A stretch of 63,988 nucleotides of DNA, counting the filler, from Sandaracinaceae bacterium (GTDB taxonomy: Bacteria; Myxococcota_A; Polyangia; Polyangiales; JADJQN01), in assembly GCA_947483975.1 (NCBI GenBank). It is 9 parts of 9 records of this genome, joined end to end, with 100 filler letters (N's around TTAATTAATTAA, not from the genome) between each part and the next. Parts side by side here need not be neighbours in the genome. Positions count along the whole stretch, not along the records: positions 1 to 7,419 come from CANKOL010000268.1; positions 7,520 to 14,917 come from CANKOL010000269.1; 7 more parts are not named here. One strand, written 5' to 3'. The position numbers and the translations under genes were made by a program. A model generated the notes under the pieces. That model did no database searches. It saw nothing but the letters and a program-made list of their open reading frames with translations, and was not told the origin of the DNA. Below, piece by piece: positions 1 through 9,697 of the stretch (position 1 is the first letter of the stretch; the number at the start of each line of letters is the position of its first letter).

Positions 1-2
1 GA

Positions 3-1772
3 GCGCTCGGGCTGCGCCGTCCGCCGCTCGCCGCGGTCGCCGTCGGGCTCACGCTCGTCGTCGCCCTCGGCCGCCTCGGCTGCCTCTGCGCGGGCTGCTG
101 CTTCGGCACCGTGAGCACGCTCCCGTGGGCGGTGCACTACGGGCACGCGAGCGCGCCGTGGCTGCTGCATCGCGCGCTCGGGCTGGTCGGAGACGCCGCG
201 CCGACGAGCCTCGGCGTGCACCCTTATCCGCTCTACGAGTCGCTCGCGCTCGCGCTCTGGCTGCCTGTGCTGCTGTGGCTGACGCGGCGCCTGCGCTCGG
301 AGGGCGCGGTGCTCGCGCTGACGGCCGCGTACGATCTCGCCGTGCGCGCCGGCGTCGACGGAACGCGCGCGATGGTCAACGTCTGGTGGGCGAAGCTCGG
401 CTCGCTCGCCGGGCTCGATCGCCTGCAGTGGGCGCTCCTGCTCGGCTCGCTCGGCACGCTCGCGCTCGGCTACGCGCTCGAGCGGCGCGCGCGCCAAAGG
501 GTGGATGCACCGCGCTCCGACGACGCGCCAGCGCTGACGCCGAGCGTGCTCGCGACGTGGGGAGTGTTCGGCGGCGCGTGGCTGCTCGGCGTGCTCTGCG
601 ACGACGCGCAGACGCCGTTCCTCTATCGCGTGCACCTGCTGACGCTGCTGGCCGCGGTGCCCGCCGTCCGGCTCCCCGAGCTGCGCCTGCCCACCGGGAG
701 CAAGGCGCTCGCGCTCCCGAGGTTCGCGCTGCCTCGCCTCGCCCAGCGCCTCGCGGCACCGTCGCTCGCGCTCGTGCTCGCGGCTCTGCTCGCGCAGCAC
801 GTCGAGACGACGCTCGCCCGCGCGGACGGGCCCCACGACGTCGACGACGTCATCGACGGGCGCGGCTGGATCTACGAGGTGGACCACGCCCGCAAGCTCC
901 TCGTGCGCCTCGGCAGCGTGCGCGACAGCGGCGCTTCGCTGCGGGTGCGGCACCTCGCCCTGCAGCTCGGGCCGATCCCCGAGGCGCCCGCGGGCGGCGC
1001 GCCCTTCCTCGACCCGGAGCCGATCCCCGACGCCCCGCTCGGCCCCCCGCCGCGCAGCGTGGAGCACTGGCTCGGCCTCGAGGGCGCGGGAGGGCGCACT
1101 TCGTACACCGTCGGCGACGGCTGCTCCGGGAGCTACACCACCTACGACCGCACCGCCTTCTCGGGCTGGCTCCGCTACGAGGCTCGGCTGCCCGTCGGCG
1201 AGGCGTGGACGACGAGCCTCGGCGGACGCGCGGGCGGCGGCTACGCGACGCTCCGCACCGGAGGCACCGGCACCCCAACCTACGAGGCCACGCCCTTCGG
1301 CTTCGTGAACGCCTGGGCCGAGGTCGAGAGCCCGAGCTTCGCCTTTGGCGTCGCGGTCTACGGCGGCCTCGCCTCCGCCCGGACGACGTCCAGCGGGCTA
1401 GGCTCGACCGTGGACGAGGGCGTCCAGTTGCGCCTCGGCGGACACCTCAGGGCCGGTTTTTCGATTCTCGGCCTGGAGGCTGGCTATCTCGATCGCGACG
1501 CGCTCCTCGGCGTGAACACGTTCCGCGTCGGCCTGAGTGGAATGCTCACCAACAGCGGCGGACGGGTCGAGCACCTCGAGGAGGCGCGCATTCGCTACGC
1601 CGCCGGCTTGGTCAGCTACCCGTCGACCCGCGAGTGGGTGGACGGGCCCCTCGGCTTCTACGTGTCGGGAGAGTACCTTCCGCTTCCCCACCTCGCGCTC
1701 GGCCTCCAAGGCGCGTACTTCGAGGGCGGCGGGATGCTCGGCGCGTCGCTGCGCTTCCGACTCGGCGAGTGA
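3..1772 (+). CDS. Lgt-like (prolipoprotein diacylglyceryl transferase family) membrane protein with long C-terminal beta-rich extension; 5' partial
   Basis: Frame is open from base 3 and reads LGRLGCLCAGCCFG...LPWAVHY...HPYPLYES (Cys-type GRxG and HPxxLYE Lgt motifs). Several TM segments follow, then a Gly/aromatic beta-strand region. Confidence 0.7.
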   Translation, partial: ALGLRRPPLAAVAVGLTLVVALGRLGCLCAGCCFGTVSTLPWAVHYGHASAPWLLHRALGLVGDAAPTSLGVHPYPLYESLALALWLPVLLWLTRRLRSEGAVLALTAAYDLAVRAGVDGTRAMVNVWWAKLGSLAGLDRLQWALLLGSLGTLALGYALERRARQRVDAPRSDDAPALTPSVLATWGVFGGAWLLGVLCDDAQTPFLYRVHLLTLLAAVPAVRLPELRLPTGSKALALPRFALPRLAQRLAAPSLALVLAALLAQHVETTLARADGPHDVDDVIDGRGWIYEVDHARKLLVRLGSVRDSGASLRVRHLALQLGPIPEAPAGGAPFLDPEPIPDAPLGPPPRSVEHWLGLEGAGGRTSYTVGDGCSGSYTTYDRTAFSGWLRYEARLPVGEAWTTSLGGRAGGGYATLRTGGTGTPTYEATPFGFVNAWAEVESPSFAFGVAVYGGLASARTTSSGLGSTVDEGVQLRLGGHLRAGFSILGLEAGYLDRDALLGVNTFRVGLSGMLTNSGGRVEHLEEARIRYAAGLVSYPSTREWVDGPLGFYVSGEYLPLPHLALGLQGAYFEGGGMLGASLRFRLGE

Positions 1773-1798
1773 CACCGACGCAGGAGACGATCCCCTCG

Positions 1799-2935
1799 AT
1801 GACCCAAGAAGCCCCGTCTCCGAACTTCCCCGAACCGGGGCTCCGAGTCGTCGTCTCCGAATTCGGAGAGACCCCCCTCGACGCGATCGAACACCACACC
1901 TCGCTCGAGCCGATGCCCGCGCCCGACCCGGCGACGCTCGATGCGCGCGACGTCGTGATCGCCGTTCGCAGCGCCTCGGTCGGCTGGGTCGATCTACTGA
2001 TGACGAGCGGCCAATACCAGCACATGCCGAAGCCGCCATACTGCCCTGGACTCGAGTACTCGGGCATCGTCGCTTGGAGGGGACCGGCCGCACGAGAGTC
2101 CGTCTCGGTCGGTGATTCAGTGCTCGTCGATGGCTTTCTCGCGGGGCCGCGCTCGCTCGGCAACTACCAGCAATATGGAGGCTTCGCGTCCTATGCGGTC
2201 GCGCCGGCCGAGGCCGTGCATCGGATTCCAGGTGGCTTGTCGTTCGACCAGGCGTGCAACCTGCTGGGCAACTACGAGACTGCCTATCACTGCCTCGTCA
2301 CGCGCGGCGCGCTCCAGCCCGGCGAGACGGTGCTGATTCACGGCGCGTCGGGGGCGACCGGGCTCGCCGCCGTGCAGCTCGCCAAGCTCCTCGGCGCGAC
2401 GGTGATCGCCACCGGCCGCACGCAGAGCAAGCTCGACGCGGTGCTGAGCGAGGGCGCCGATCACGCCGTGCTCGCCACGGACGCGGACGGCTCGACGAGG
2501 CGCTTCTCGGAGGACGTGAAGGCGCTGACCGGCGGGCGCGGAGTCGACGTCGTGTACGACGGAGTCGGTGGCGAGATCTCGCTCGAGAGCCTGCGCGCCG
2601 TGCGCTTCGGCGCGCGCTTTCTGATCGTCGGCTGGGCCTCGACGCCCTTCGTCGCGCGCGGCAAGGGGCTGCGCGGCGCGCCGAACGCGAACGTGCTGCC
2701 GACCAATCTGCTCCTGATGAAGGGGCTCGACGTGCTCGGCTGCCCGACGGCGATCTCCACCGCGCAGGACCCACACTCGCGCCCGCCGCGACTGGCGCAG
2801 ATCCTCGCGTGGGCCGACGCTGGCGAGCTTCGCCCGCACGTCTCGCACCGATTCCCGCTGTCCGAGTACCGCGAGGCGATGCGGGCGAAGTGGAGCGGCG
2901 AGGTGACGGGCGGCTGCGTGCTCCGCCCCGCCTGA
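1799..2935 (+). CDS. NADPH:quinone oxidoreductase, MDR/zinc-binding dehydrogenase superfamily
   Basis: Motifs PGLEYSG, LQPGETVLIHGASGATG and GVDVVYDGVG; AGGAG at 1782-1786 before ATG 1799. Confidence 0.9.
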   Translation: MTQEAPSPNFPEPGLRVVVSEFGETPLDAIEHHTSLEPMPAPDPATLDARDVVIAVRSASVGWVDLLMTSGQYQHMPKPPYCPGLEYSGIVAWRGPAARESVSVGDSVLVDGFLAGPRSLGNYQQYGGFASYAVAPAEAVHRIPGGLSFDQACNLLGNYETAYHCLVTRGALQPGETVLIHGASGATGLAAVQLAKLLGATVIATGRTQSKLDAVLSEGADHAVLATDADGSTRRFSEDVKALTGGRGVDVVYDGVGGEISLESLRAVRFGARFLIVGWASTPFVARGKGLRGAPNANVLPTNLLLMKGLDVLGCPTAISTAQDPHSRPPRLAQILAWADAGELRPHVSHRFPLSEYREAMRAKWSGEVTGGCVLRPA

Positions 2936-2945
2936 GCGCCGCGCG

Positions 2946-3869
2946 TCAGCGACCGAGCCAGCCGTTCCGCCGGAACCAGAGGGCGACGCTGACGACGGTG
3001 GCGATGATCGCGCCCCACACTCCCGCGTAGCCGTAGCGCCACGGCAGCTCGGGCATGTGCTCGAAATTCATGCCGTAGACGCCCGCGATGAAGGTGATCG
3101 GCAGGAAGAACGCCGAGAAGATCGTCAGGATGCGCATCACCTCGTTGGTGCGGTGTGAGGCGAGCGAGAGCTGCACGTTGAGGAGGCTGTCGAGGTCGTC
3201 GTCGAGGCCATCCGCGAACAGCGCGAGGTTGTCGGTGTGCGCGCGCGCGTCCGTGACCGCGCGGACCTCCGTCGGCAGATGCAGCGCGAGCTTCCCGAGC
3301 GCGTTCGAGGTGTGCCAGAGCAGGCGCTTGAGCGTGCGAATCCGGGTCTTGGTCTCGACGATCGGCTCCCACTGGAGGTCACTCTTGCGCTCGAAGAGCG
3401 TCGCCGCCTCGAACTCGTGGATCTGCAGCTCGGCCGCCTCGAGCGGCTCTTGAAACGTGTCCACGGCGGCCAAGACCAGCTCGAGCGCGAGCTCCGCCGC
3501 GGTCGAGGTCGCGACCTCCTCGGACTTGGTCCAGCGCTGCGCGACGGCCTCGAGCAGCGGCAGCGGCCGGCGGTGAACGCTGATCACCCAACCATCCCCG
3601 ACGAAGAGCCCGAGCTTCTTCGTCATGGACTGCACGCTGTCGGTGCCGCGCGTCGGGGTCGCGTCGTGCGCGCGAACGATCAGCAGATGGGTGCGGCGGC
3701 CGATCACGCGATGCTGGGGCAAGAGCGCCGCCCGCATACAGTCGTGGAGCGCGGCGGAGGGGAGTCCGTGCTTGGCGGCGGTCTGGGCGAGCTCCTCGAG
3801 GGACGGGTCGCTGAGGTCTATCCACGAGAACGGGCGGGCGGCAGTAGGGACGAGGAGCTCGACGAACAT
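2946..3869 (-). CDS. corA: CorA-family Mg2+/Co2+ transporter
   Basis: C-terminal NEVMRILT...FLPITFIAGVYGMNFEHMPEL with the GMN motif and two TM helices. Confidence 0.9.
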   Translation of the reverse strand: MFVELLVPTAARPFSWIDLSDPSLEELAQTAAKHGLPSAALHDCMRAALLPQHRVIGRRTHLLIVRAHDATPTRGTDSVQSMTKKLGLFVGDGWVISVHRRPLPLLEAVAQRWTKSEEVATSTAAELALELVLAAVDTFQEPLEAAELQIHEFEAATLFERKSDLQWEPIVETKTRIRTLKRLLWHTSNALGKLALHLPTEVRAVTDARAHTDNLALFADGLDDDLDSLLNVQLSLASHRTNEVMRILTIFSAFFLPITFIAGVYGMNFEHMPELPWRYGYAGVWGAIIATVVSVALWFRRNGWLGR

Positions 3870-3925
3870 CGGCGCATCCTACGGCCACGCGCCACGCGGC
3901 GGCAATCGCGCCGAGCCCGCTATTT

Positions 3926-6900
3926 CTATGCCCGCGCGCCCCTCAGCAGCAGGAGTCGGCGGGACATCTCCGGGCTCGGCTGGCCATGTTGCACGAGCAC
4001 CTCGAGGCGCGAGACCGTCTCTGCGGGGTTCGGCGTGTAGAACGACGAGGGCGCGCGCAGTTGCTCGAGCTGCTCGAGGATCGCGGACACGCACCAGTCA
4101 CCGAGTCGCCCGCCCGGGTCGAGGTCGTCGTAGCGCGGACACGCCGCGAGAAACGGCTCTTCGACACGCACTTGCTTGCTCTTCGCCACGGCAAACGCCG
4201 TCTCGAGCGCCTCGAGCGTGACCGAGCGCCGCCCCCACGCCCACGCGACGCGGGCGAGCGTCATCAGCCGCGAGAGCTCCGTCGGGCTGTCGATCGACGC
4301 CAGCGCCAACTCGACGGCGCGTCGCAGCGCGAACACGCGCACGGACGGGGCGAGCGTCGGCTGCTGCGCGAGCGCGAAGTGCTCGAGCGCGCCCCGGTGC
4401 GCGCGCGCGCCGGGAGTGTCCACGTCGAAGCCGCGTCGCAAGTCCGGCTGCCGCGCGAGCAGCCGCTTCGGCAGCACCGCCTCGTACGAGCGGACGCCGG
4501 GCAACTCGCGCTCTGCGGCGAACTCGCGGGCCAACGAGCCCGCCTGTTCGAGCCGCTGCGCGCGCGCGGCGCTCGCCCCAAACACCCTCGTCGAGAACGT
4601 GTCTGGGTCGCCGCCGGGAGGATGTGGACAAAGCAACTGCAGCCCCGGCACGAGCCGATAGGCACCGTAGCCGAGCGCGCTCAGTCGCTCGAACAGACCG
4701 ACGTTCGCCGCGTTCGCGTGCTGGCGCTCCACCATCACGAGCGGTTGGTCGCGGGCGAGCAACTCGGTCGCACCCTCGAGCGCGTCGACCTCCGCGCCGC
4801 CGACGTCGAGCTTGACGAAGCTCACCTCTGCGAGGCCCGCTTCGCTGAGCGCGCGGTCGAGCGTCGTCACGCGGACGTCGACGCTCGCGAGCTGGGGAGG
4901 GCTGCCCGCCGAGGGAGAGTCGGACTCTGGACTCGCATCCAGATCGAACGACGCGCGCCCCTCCTCGCTCGACACCGCCGCCTCCAGCACGGTCAGCTGC
5001 GAGAGGCGATTGGCCACCGCGCTCGCCCGCAGCCGCTCCGCGAACAAGGGCTGCGGCTCGATCGCCAGCACGCGTCCAGACGGGCCGACGGCGCGCGCCA
5101 TCGGCAGCGCGTAGAGGCCGTGGTTCGCGCCCGCGTCGACCGCCACATCGCCCTCCGAGAGCACCTTGCACACGAAGCGCAGCTCGTCCTCGGACCTGTC
5201 GCCCTGCTCCTCGAGGCGGTAGCCGAGGAGCGTCTTCACCCCCGCGGGCGACGCGATCCGGAGCCCGCCGCCGAACGTTCGCCACACCGCCTGTCGATCG
5301 GGGAGCGGGACGGCCAGCAAGGGAGTCTTCCAAGCCGCCGGGCGCGCGGAGTCTGGCGCGCCCGCGTCGCCGACGATGGACTCGTAGGCGTATCGGAGGG
5401 CGTCCTCGAAGGCGCGCGTCACGCGCGGAGCGTCGGTGAGACCGCCCCCTCGCAGCCGCTCTCGCATGGTCGCGCGCAGGGCGACGCGCCGCGCCTCGTC
5501 ACGCAGCAGGTCCTGCGCGATGCGCACATACGCGTCGTGGTCCGTCGCGACCAAGTCCGACAAGCCCGCGCGCTTCAGCAGGCTCACCCCGACGCGCGAC
5601 ACATGGGTGTCGCCCGCCAGACTGACGACGGGCACTCCCATGTAGAGCGCCTCGCAGGTCGTCGTCGTGCCGTGGTAGGGGAAGCTGTCGAGGGCGACGT
5701 CGACTGCGCCGTACGCGCTCAGGTGCCCCGACAACGCCGGCACATGACCGAGGAGCTCGACGCGCTCCAAGGGCAGCCCGTGCGCCTGCAGCAGCGCCTC
5801 GAAGCGCGCCTTGCTCTCAGGCTGCCCGAGGAAGCTGTGCTTGAGCAGGAGGCGCGCCTCCGGCGTCTCGCGCAGCAAGCGCGCCCAGAGCGCGAGCGTC
5901 TCGTCGGAGAGCTTGTTGAGCGCGTTGAACGAACCGAACGTCGGCGGACGCCCGGTGCTCGAGGGCGGGACGCTGACCTCCGGCGCGAAGGTCGGGGGTC
6001 CGTAGCAGAGAAAGCCAGTGTCCAAGCGCAGGAGTCGCTCGGTGTGGAGTGACTCCGTCGAGCCCGGCGGATCGGACTCTGCGTCGGTGATTCGATAGTC
6101 GATGCACGACAGACCCGTCGTGTTCGGATAGCCGAGATACGTTATCTGCACGGGCGCAGGCTTGCGGGCAAAGACCGCGAGGCGATTGCCGTTGGTGTGT
6201 CCCGAGAGGTCGATCAAGACGTCGATCTCGTCGGCGCGAATCAGCGCCGCCGCGTCGTCGTCGTCGAGGGGTCGAAGGTCGCGCCACACCTCCACCAGCC
6301 CCTGCAAGGCGATGGTGACCTCGTCGGGGGCGCGCACGTTGCTGTAGGCGTACACCTCGATTTGCGTGCGATCGCGCTGCTCGAGCAGCGGTTCGAGGAA
6401 GAACGCGACGGAGTGCCGACGGAAGTCCGCAGACACATAGCCGATGCGCAGGCGCCGCTCTGGAGCGCGCACACTCGGGGCCTGCGTCAGGCGCTTCACT
6501 GCGGCGGCGACGACCGAGCCGTAGGCGCGATGGAGCTTGGCGAGGTGCTCGGCCTTCGAGGGGGTCGCGTAGTGCGAATACAGCAGCAGATTGTCGTGAT
6601 AGAGGAGAGTGCCGGGCGAGAGTTCGACCGACTTGGCGAGGTGCGTCAGCGCGCGCCGATGTTCGCACCGCGACGAGAGCGCCGTGCCCAGGTAGCTCTG
6701 AGCGGCAGCGTCGTGCGGCGCGAGCGCCACGCAGCGCTCGAGCACGTCGATCGCCTCTTCGAGGAGCGGACCCAAGCGGAGGAGCGCACCATAGTTACGG
6801 AGCGCCACCGCGTTCCGGGGCTGGAGCGTCAGGGCAGCGCGAAACTCCTCCACCGCCTCCTCGGTGGCTCCGCGTTGGAAGAGCAGCACTCCGAGGGCGG

Positions 6901-7132
6901 TGTGCGCCTCGAACGAGGACTCTCCAAGCTCGAGCACCCGCCGATAGAGCGTCTCCGCACCGACGAGGTCCCCGCGGTCGCGCAGCAGACCAGCGAGGAG
7001 CATCGACGTCTCCGCGTCGTTCGGGTCCTCCCGAAGCAGGCCGCGCGCGGCCTCCTCGGCGCGGGCAAGCTCGCCGCTCTTCTGGAGCTTCGCGAGGTTC
7101 CGCAGCGACTGCGCACGGGAGTCTTTCGACAT
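3926..7132 (-). CDS. TPR + GT41 (OGT/SPINDLY-like) glycosyltransferase + FkbM-family methyltransferase fusion
   Basis: N-terminal TPRs; GT41 motifs RIGYVSADFRRHSV, DLSGHT, GSFNALNK, LDSFPYHGTTTTCEALYMGVPVV; FkbM motifs VDAGANHG, AIEPQP, FVKLDVGGAE. Confidence 0.85.
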   Translation of the reverse strand: MSKDSRAQSLRNLAKLQKSGELARAEEAARGLLREDPNDAETSMLLAGLLRDRGDLVGAETLYRRVLELGESSFEAHTALGVLLFQRGATEEAVEEFRAALTLQPRNAVALRNYGALLRLGPLLEEAIDVLERCVALAPHDAAAQSYLGTALSSRCEHRRALTHLAKSVELSPGTLLYHDNLLLYSHYATPSKAEHLAKLHRAYGSVVAAAVKRLTQAPSVRAPERRLRIGYVSADFRRHSVAFFLEPLLEQRDRTQIEVYAYSNVRAPDEVTIALQGLVEVWRDLRPLDDDDAAALIRADEIDVLIDLSGHTNGNRLAVFARKPAPVQITYLGYPNTTGLSCIDYRITDAESDPPGSTESLHTERLLRLDTGFLCYGPPTFAPEVSVPPSSTGRPPTFGSFNALNKLSDETLALWARLLRETPEARLLLKHSFLGQPESKARFEALLQAHGLPLERVELLGHVPALSGHLSAYGAVDVALDSFPYHGTTTTCEALYMGVPVVSLAGDTHVSRVGVSLLKRAGLSDLVATDHDAYVRIAQDLLRDEARRVALRATMRERLRGGGLTDAPRVTRAFEDALRYAYESIVGDAGAPDSARPAAWKTPLLAVPLPDRQAVWRTFGGGLRIASPAGVKTLLGYRLEEQGDRSEDELRFVCKVLSEGDVAVDAGANHGLYALPMARAVGPSGRVLAIEPQPLFAERLRASAVANRLSQLTVLEAAVSSEEGRASFDLDASPESDSPSAGSPPQLASVDVRVTTLDRALSEAGLAEVSFVKLDVGGAEVDALEGATELLARDQPLVMVERQHANAANVGLFERLSALGYGAYRLVPGLQLLCPHPPGGDPDTFSTRVFGASAARAQRLEQAGSLAREFAAERELPGVRSYEAVLPKRLLARQPDLRRGFDVDTPGARAHRGALEHFALAQQPTLAPSVRVFALRRAVELALASIDSPTELSRLMTLARVAWAWGRRSVTLEALETAFAVAKSKQVRVEEPFLAACPRYDDLDPGGRLGDWCVSAILEQLEQLRAPSSFYTPNPAETVSRLEVLVQHGQPSPEMSRRLLLLRGARA

Positions 7133-7192
7133 CGCGGCAACCTATCAGATAGCGAGTCCTCTGCCGACGAACTGCGGGGAGGCGGCGCGGTC

Positions 7193-7417
7193 TCAGCGAG
7201 CGGCGCTGCCGTACGCGGCGAGCACCACGACGGCCCGCGGCGCGGCGCCTTCGGGCGGAGCGGGCGGCTCGCCCCCCGGCGCGCTGAGACGAGCCGCGGG
7301 GATGCCCGCCGCGACGAGCGCCTGCACGAGGCGGGTCGCGCGCGTGCGTGCGAGCCGCGCGCCCGCGGCGTCGCTCGAGCCTTCGTGCATGACGAGCACG
7401 GCCCCCGTCGCGTGAGC
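7193..7417 (-). CDS. C-terminal fragment, possibly an OmpA-like domain; 5' partial
   Basis: LARTRATRLVQALVAAGIPAARL resembles the OmpA C-terminal LS..RA..V...L...GI...R; cut by the contig end. Confidence 0.45.
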   Translation of the reverse strand, partial: AHATGAVLVMHEGSSDAAGARLARTRATRLVQALVAAGIPAARLSAPGGEPPAPPEGAAPRAVVVLAAYGSAAR

Positions 7418-7419
7418 GC

Positions 7420-7519
7420 NNNNNNNNNNNNNNNNNNNNNNNNNNNNNNNNNNNNNNNNNNNNTTAATTAATTAANNNNNNNNNNNNNNNNNNNNNNNNN
7501 NNNNNNNNNNNNNNNNNNN
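7420..7519. other. Artificial contig linker
   Basis: 44 N + TTAATTAATTAA + 44 N. Confidence 0.99.
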
Positions 7520-9697
7520 CGGCGCGAGCGCGACCGCGGGCGCGAGCGCGCGGCGGGCTCCCTCGGGCGTGCCGAGGGTCAGCAGCAGGCGCGCGTCGTA
7601 GAGCGCGCGCGCCTTCGCGTCCGTCGGCCGCGGCTCGGACGCGAGGCTGCGCGCCGCCTCGAAGCGCCGCTCCAGCGGGGAGAGGTCGGTCTGGGGCGAG
7701 AGCTGGTGCAGCGTGGCGAGGGCCAGGCCAGCCCCTGTGAACTCCCCGGCGCGAGCGCGCGCGATGGCGGCGAGCTCGAGGATCTGCGGATCCCTCGGGC
7801 GCAGCGTCGCCGCGCGGTCTGCCCAGCCGAGGGCGCGGTCTACGTCTTGATCCGCGAGCAGCGCGCGCGCGCACGGCACCAACACGAGCAGCGCCTCCCC
7901 CGAGAGGCGCACCGCCGCCGGCCGCGAGAGCCGCATGGCGATGTGCACCGAGCCGCGCTGGTACTCGGCCCGTCGGCGCTCGAAGAGGGACACGCAGCCC
8001 ATCGCGACCTGGTGTATCCGCGGGCGGTCCCACTCGGGGCTCGCCGCCTGATCGAGCACGATCAGGTGAACCGCGAAGTGCAGCGCCGCGCCGGTCTGTT
8101 GAACGCGCTGCGCCTGGGTGTAGCCCCGCTCGAAGTAGGCGCGCGCCTCTCCGAAGCGGCGCTGGAGCAGGAGCTCCTCGCCGAGGGCGTCGAGCGGCTT
8201 CGGGAGCTCGGGAAACGCGGCGAGCTGCGAGCGCCAGAGGGACTCTTCCGAGCGGAAGTCGCTCGACGCGCGCAGGCTCGCGGGCACGCTCGCGACGAGG
8301 ACGAGCGCGGCTGCCCAATACACCGCGAGGCGCACGAAGGCCTTCGGAGAGGCGAGCCCGCGCTCGACGCCGCGGGCCGCCAACGCCACGAGGCCGAGCA
8401 GCGGCAGATAGAGGAAGCGGTCCGAGAGCACGTCCTGCACGAGGAGGACGACGGGCAGCAGCGGGAGGAAGAACCACGCGGCGTCGCCGACCCACGGACG
8501 CAGGCGCGGGCGCCGCACGCTCGCCACCGCCCCGACGAGCAGCAGCCCCGCGAGCGCCGCGCCGATGAGGACGTGGGCGCGCGAGACCCCGATGTGGGCC
8601 GCCCCCACGACGAGCGCCTGCGCCTGAAAGGTGAGGTGCGACGGCCAGAGCGCGATGCTGGCGTAGCTCGTCAACAGCGCGGCGGCCCTCGCCAGGCTGA
8701 GCGGCGCAGTCGGCTCGCCGTTCGTGCCGGCTCCCGCCGTCGCCGACCACGCCATGGCGTAGACGAGCGCCGCCGCGCAAGCCACCGCGCCGAAGCTCGC
8801 CAGGACGCGCCGCCGGTCCTCGCGCCCGAGGCGCTGCTGCGCCCAGCGGTCCACCAGCCAGAGCACCGGCGCCAGCATCGCGGGCTCCTTCGCGAGCACG
8901 GCGGCGAAGAGCGCGGCACCGGCACCCGCGAGCGCCTGAGTCCCCTCGCGCTCGAGCAGCTCGAAGCCGAGCAGCCAGCCGGCGGTCATCCAGAGATCCG
9001 TCGAGCCGGAGATCCACGCGACGTTCTCGGCGTGCGCGGGGTGCATCGCGAAGAGGAGCGCGCCGAACAGCGCCGCCCAGACGCCCGCGGGTGACTTCCC
9101 CGGGCTCAGTCGGCGCTCGAGCCAGCGCAGCACGAGCACCGAGTTGAAGGCGTGCAGCAGGAGGCTCGTCGCGTGGTAGCCGGGCGTCGCGTCGCCGAAG
9201 AGCCGCTGCTGCACCGCGAAGGCGAGCTGCACGACCGGGCGATAGGCGCGCGCGTACATCCCGGCGCCCTCGTTGGCGCCGCCCGCGTCCCAGAACAGCC
9301 CGCCCAGCGCCGACGCGAAGCTCCGCGTGCCGCCCGCGACGAGCGTCTGATCGTCACTGACGAAGGCGCCGAGCAGCGACTGCCCGAACGCCACGAACGC
9401 AGCCGTGGCGACGACCGCGTAGCGAATGTGGCGGCGCGGCGTGGTGCGCGGCGCCGCCTTCGGACGAGCGACCGGCCGCGCAGGCGGAGCGCTCGCGTCG
9501 TCGGTCGTCGTCGGGTCCGGCGGAGCCTGTGCGTCGTCGGTCGTCGGGTCCGGCGGAGCCTGTGCGTCGTCGATCGTCGGGTCCGGCGGAGCCTGTGCGT
9601 CGTCGGTCGTCGGGTCCGGCGGAGCCTGTGCGTCGTCGGTCGTCGGCACCGGCGGAGCGTCCCCTGCAGACGAGAGGGGATCTTTCGGTGCGCTCAC
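7520..9697 (-). CDS. TMTC-like (GT-C/PMT-type) multi-TM glycosyltransferase with C-terminal TPR-like region; 3' partial
   Basis: Motifs FVSDD, YRPV, YHATSLLLHAFN, LFAMHPAHAENVAWISG, KE and DRFLYLP. The GTG start overlaps the upstream stop (GTGA). Confidence 0.8.
9507..9638. repeat. 33-bp tandem repeat x4 (coding DDAQAPPDPTT)
   Basis: Unit gtcgtcgggtccggcggagcctgtgcgtcgtcg at 9507, 9540, 9573 and 9606, with one mismatch. Confidence 0.95.

Noticed and set aside
125..2935. Very long ORF calls (also 7472-10798, 37329-42206, 55835-58531) suggesting large fusions
   Set aside because: The N-terminal parts are off-frame read-through of upstream genes; the real starts are internal.
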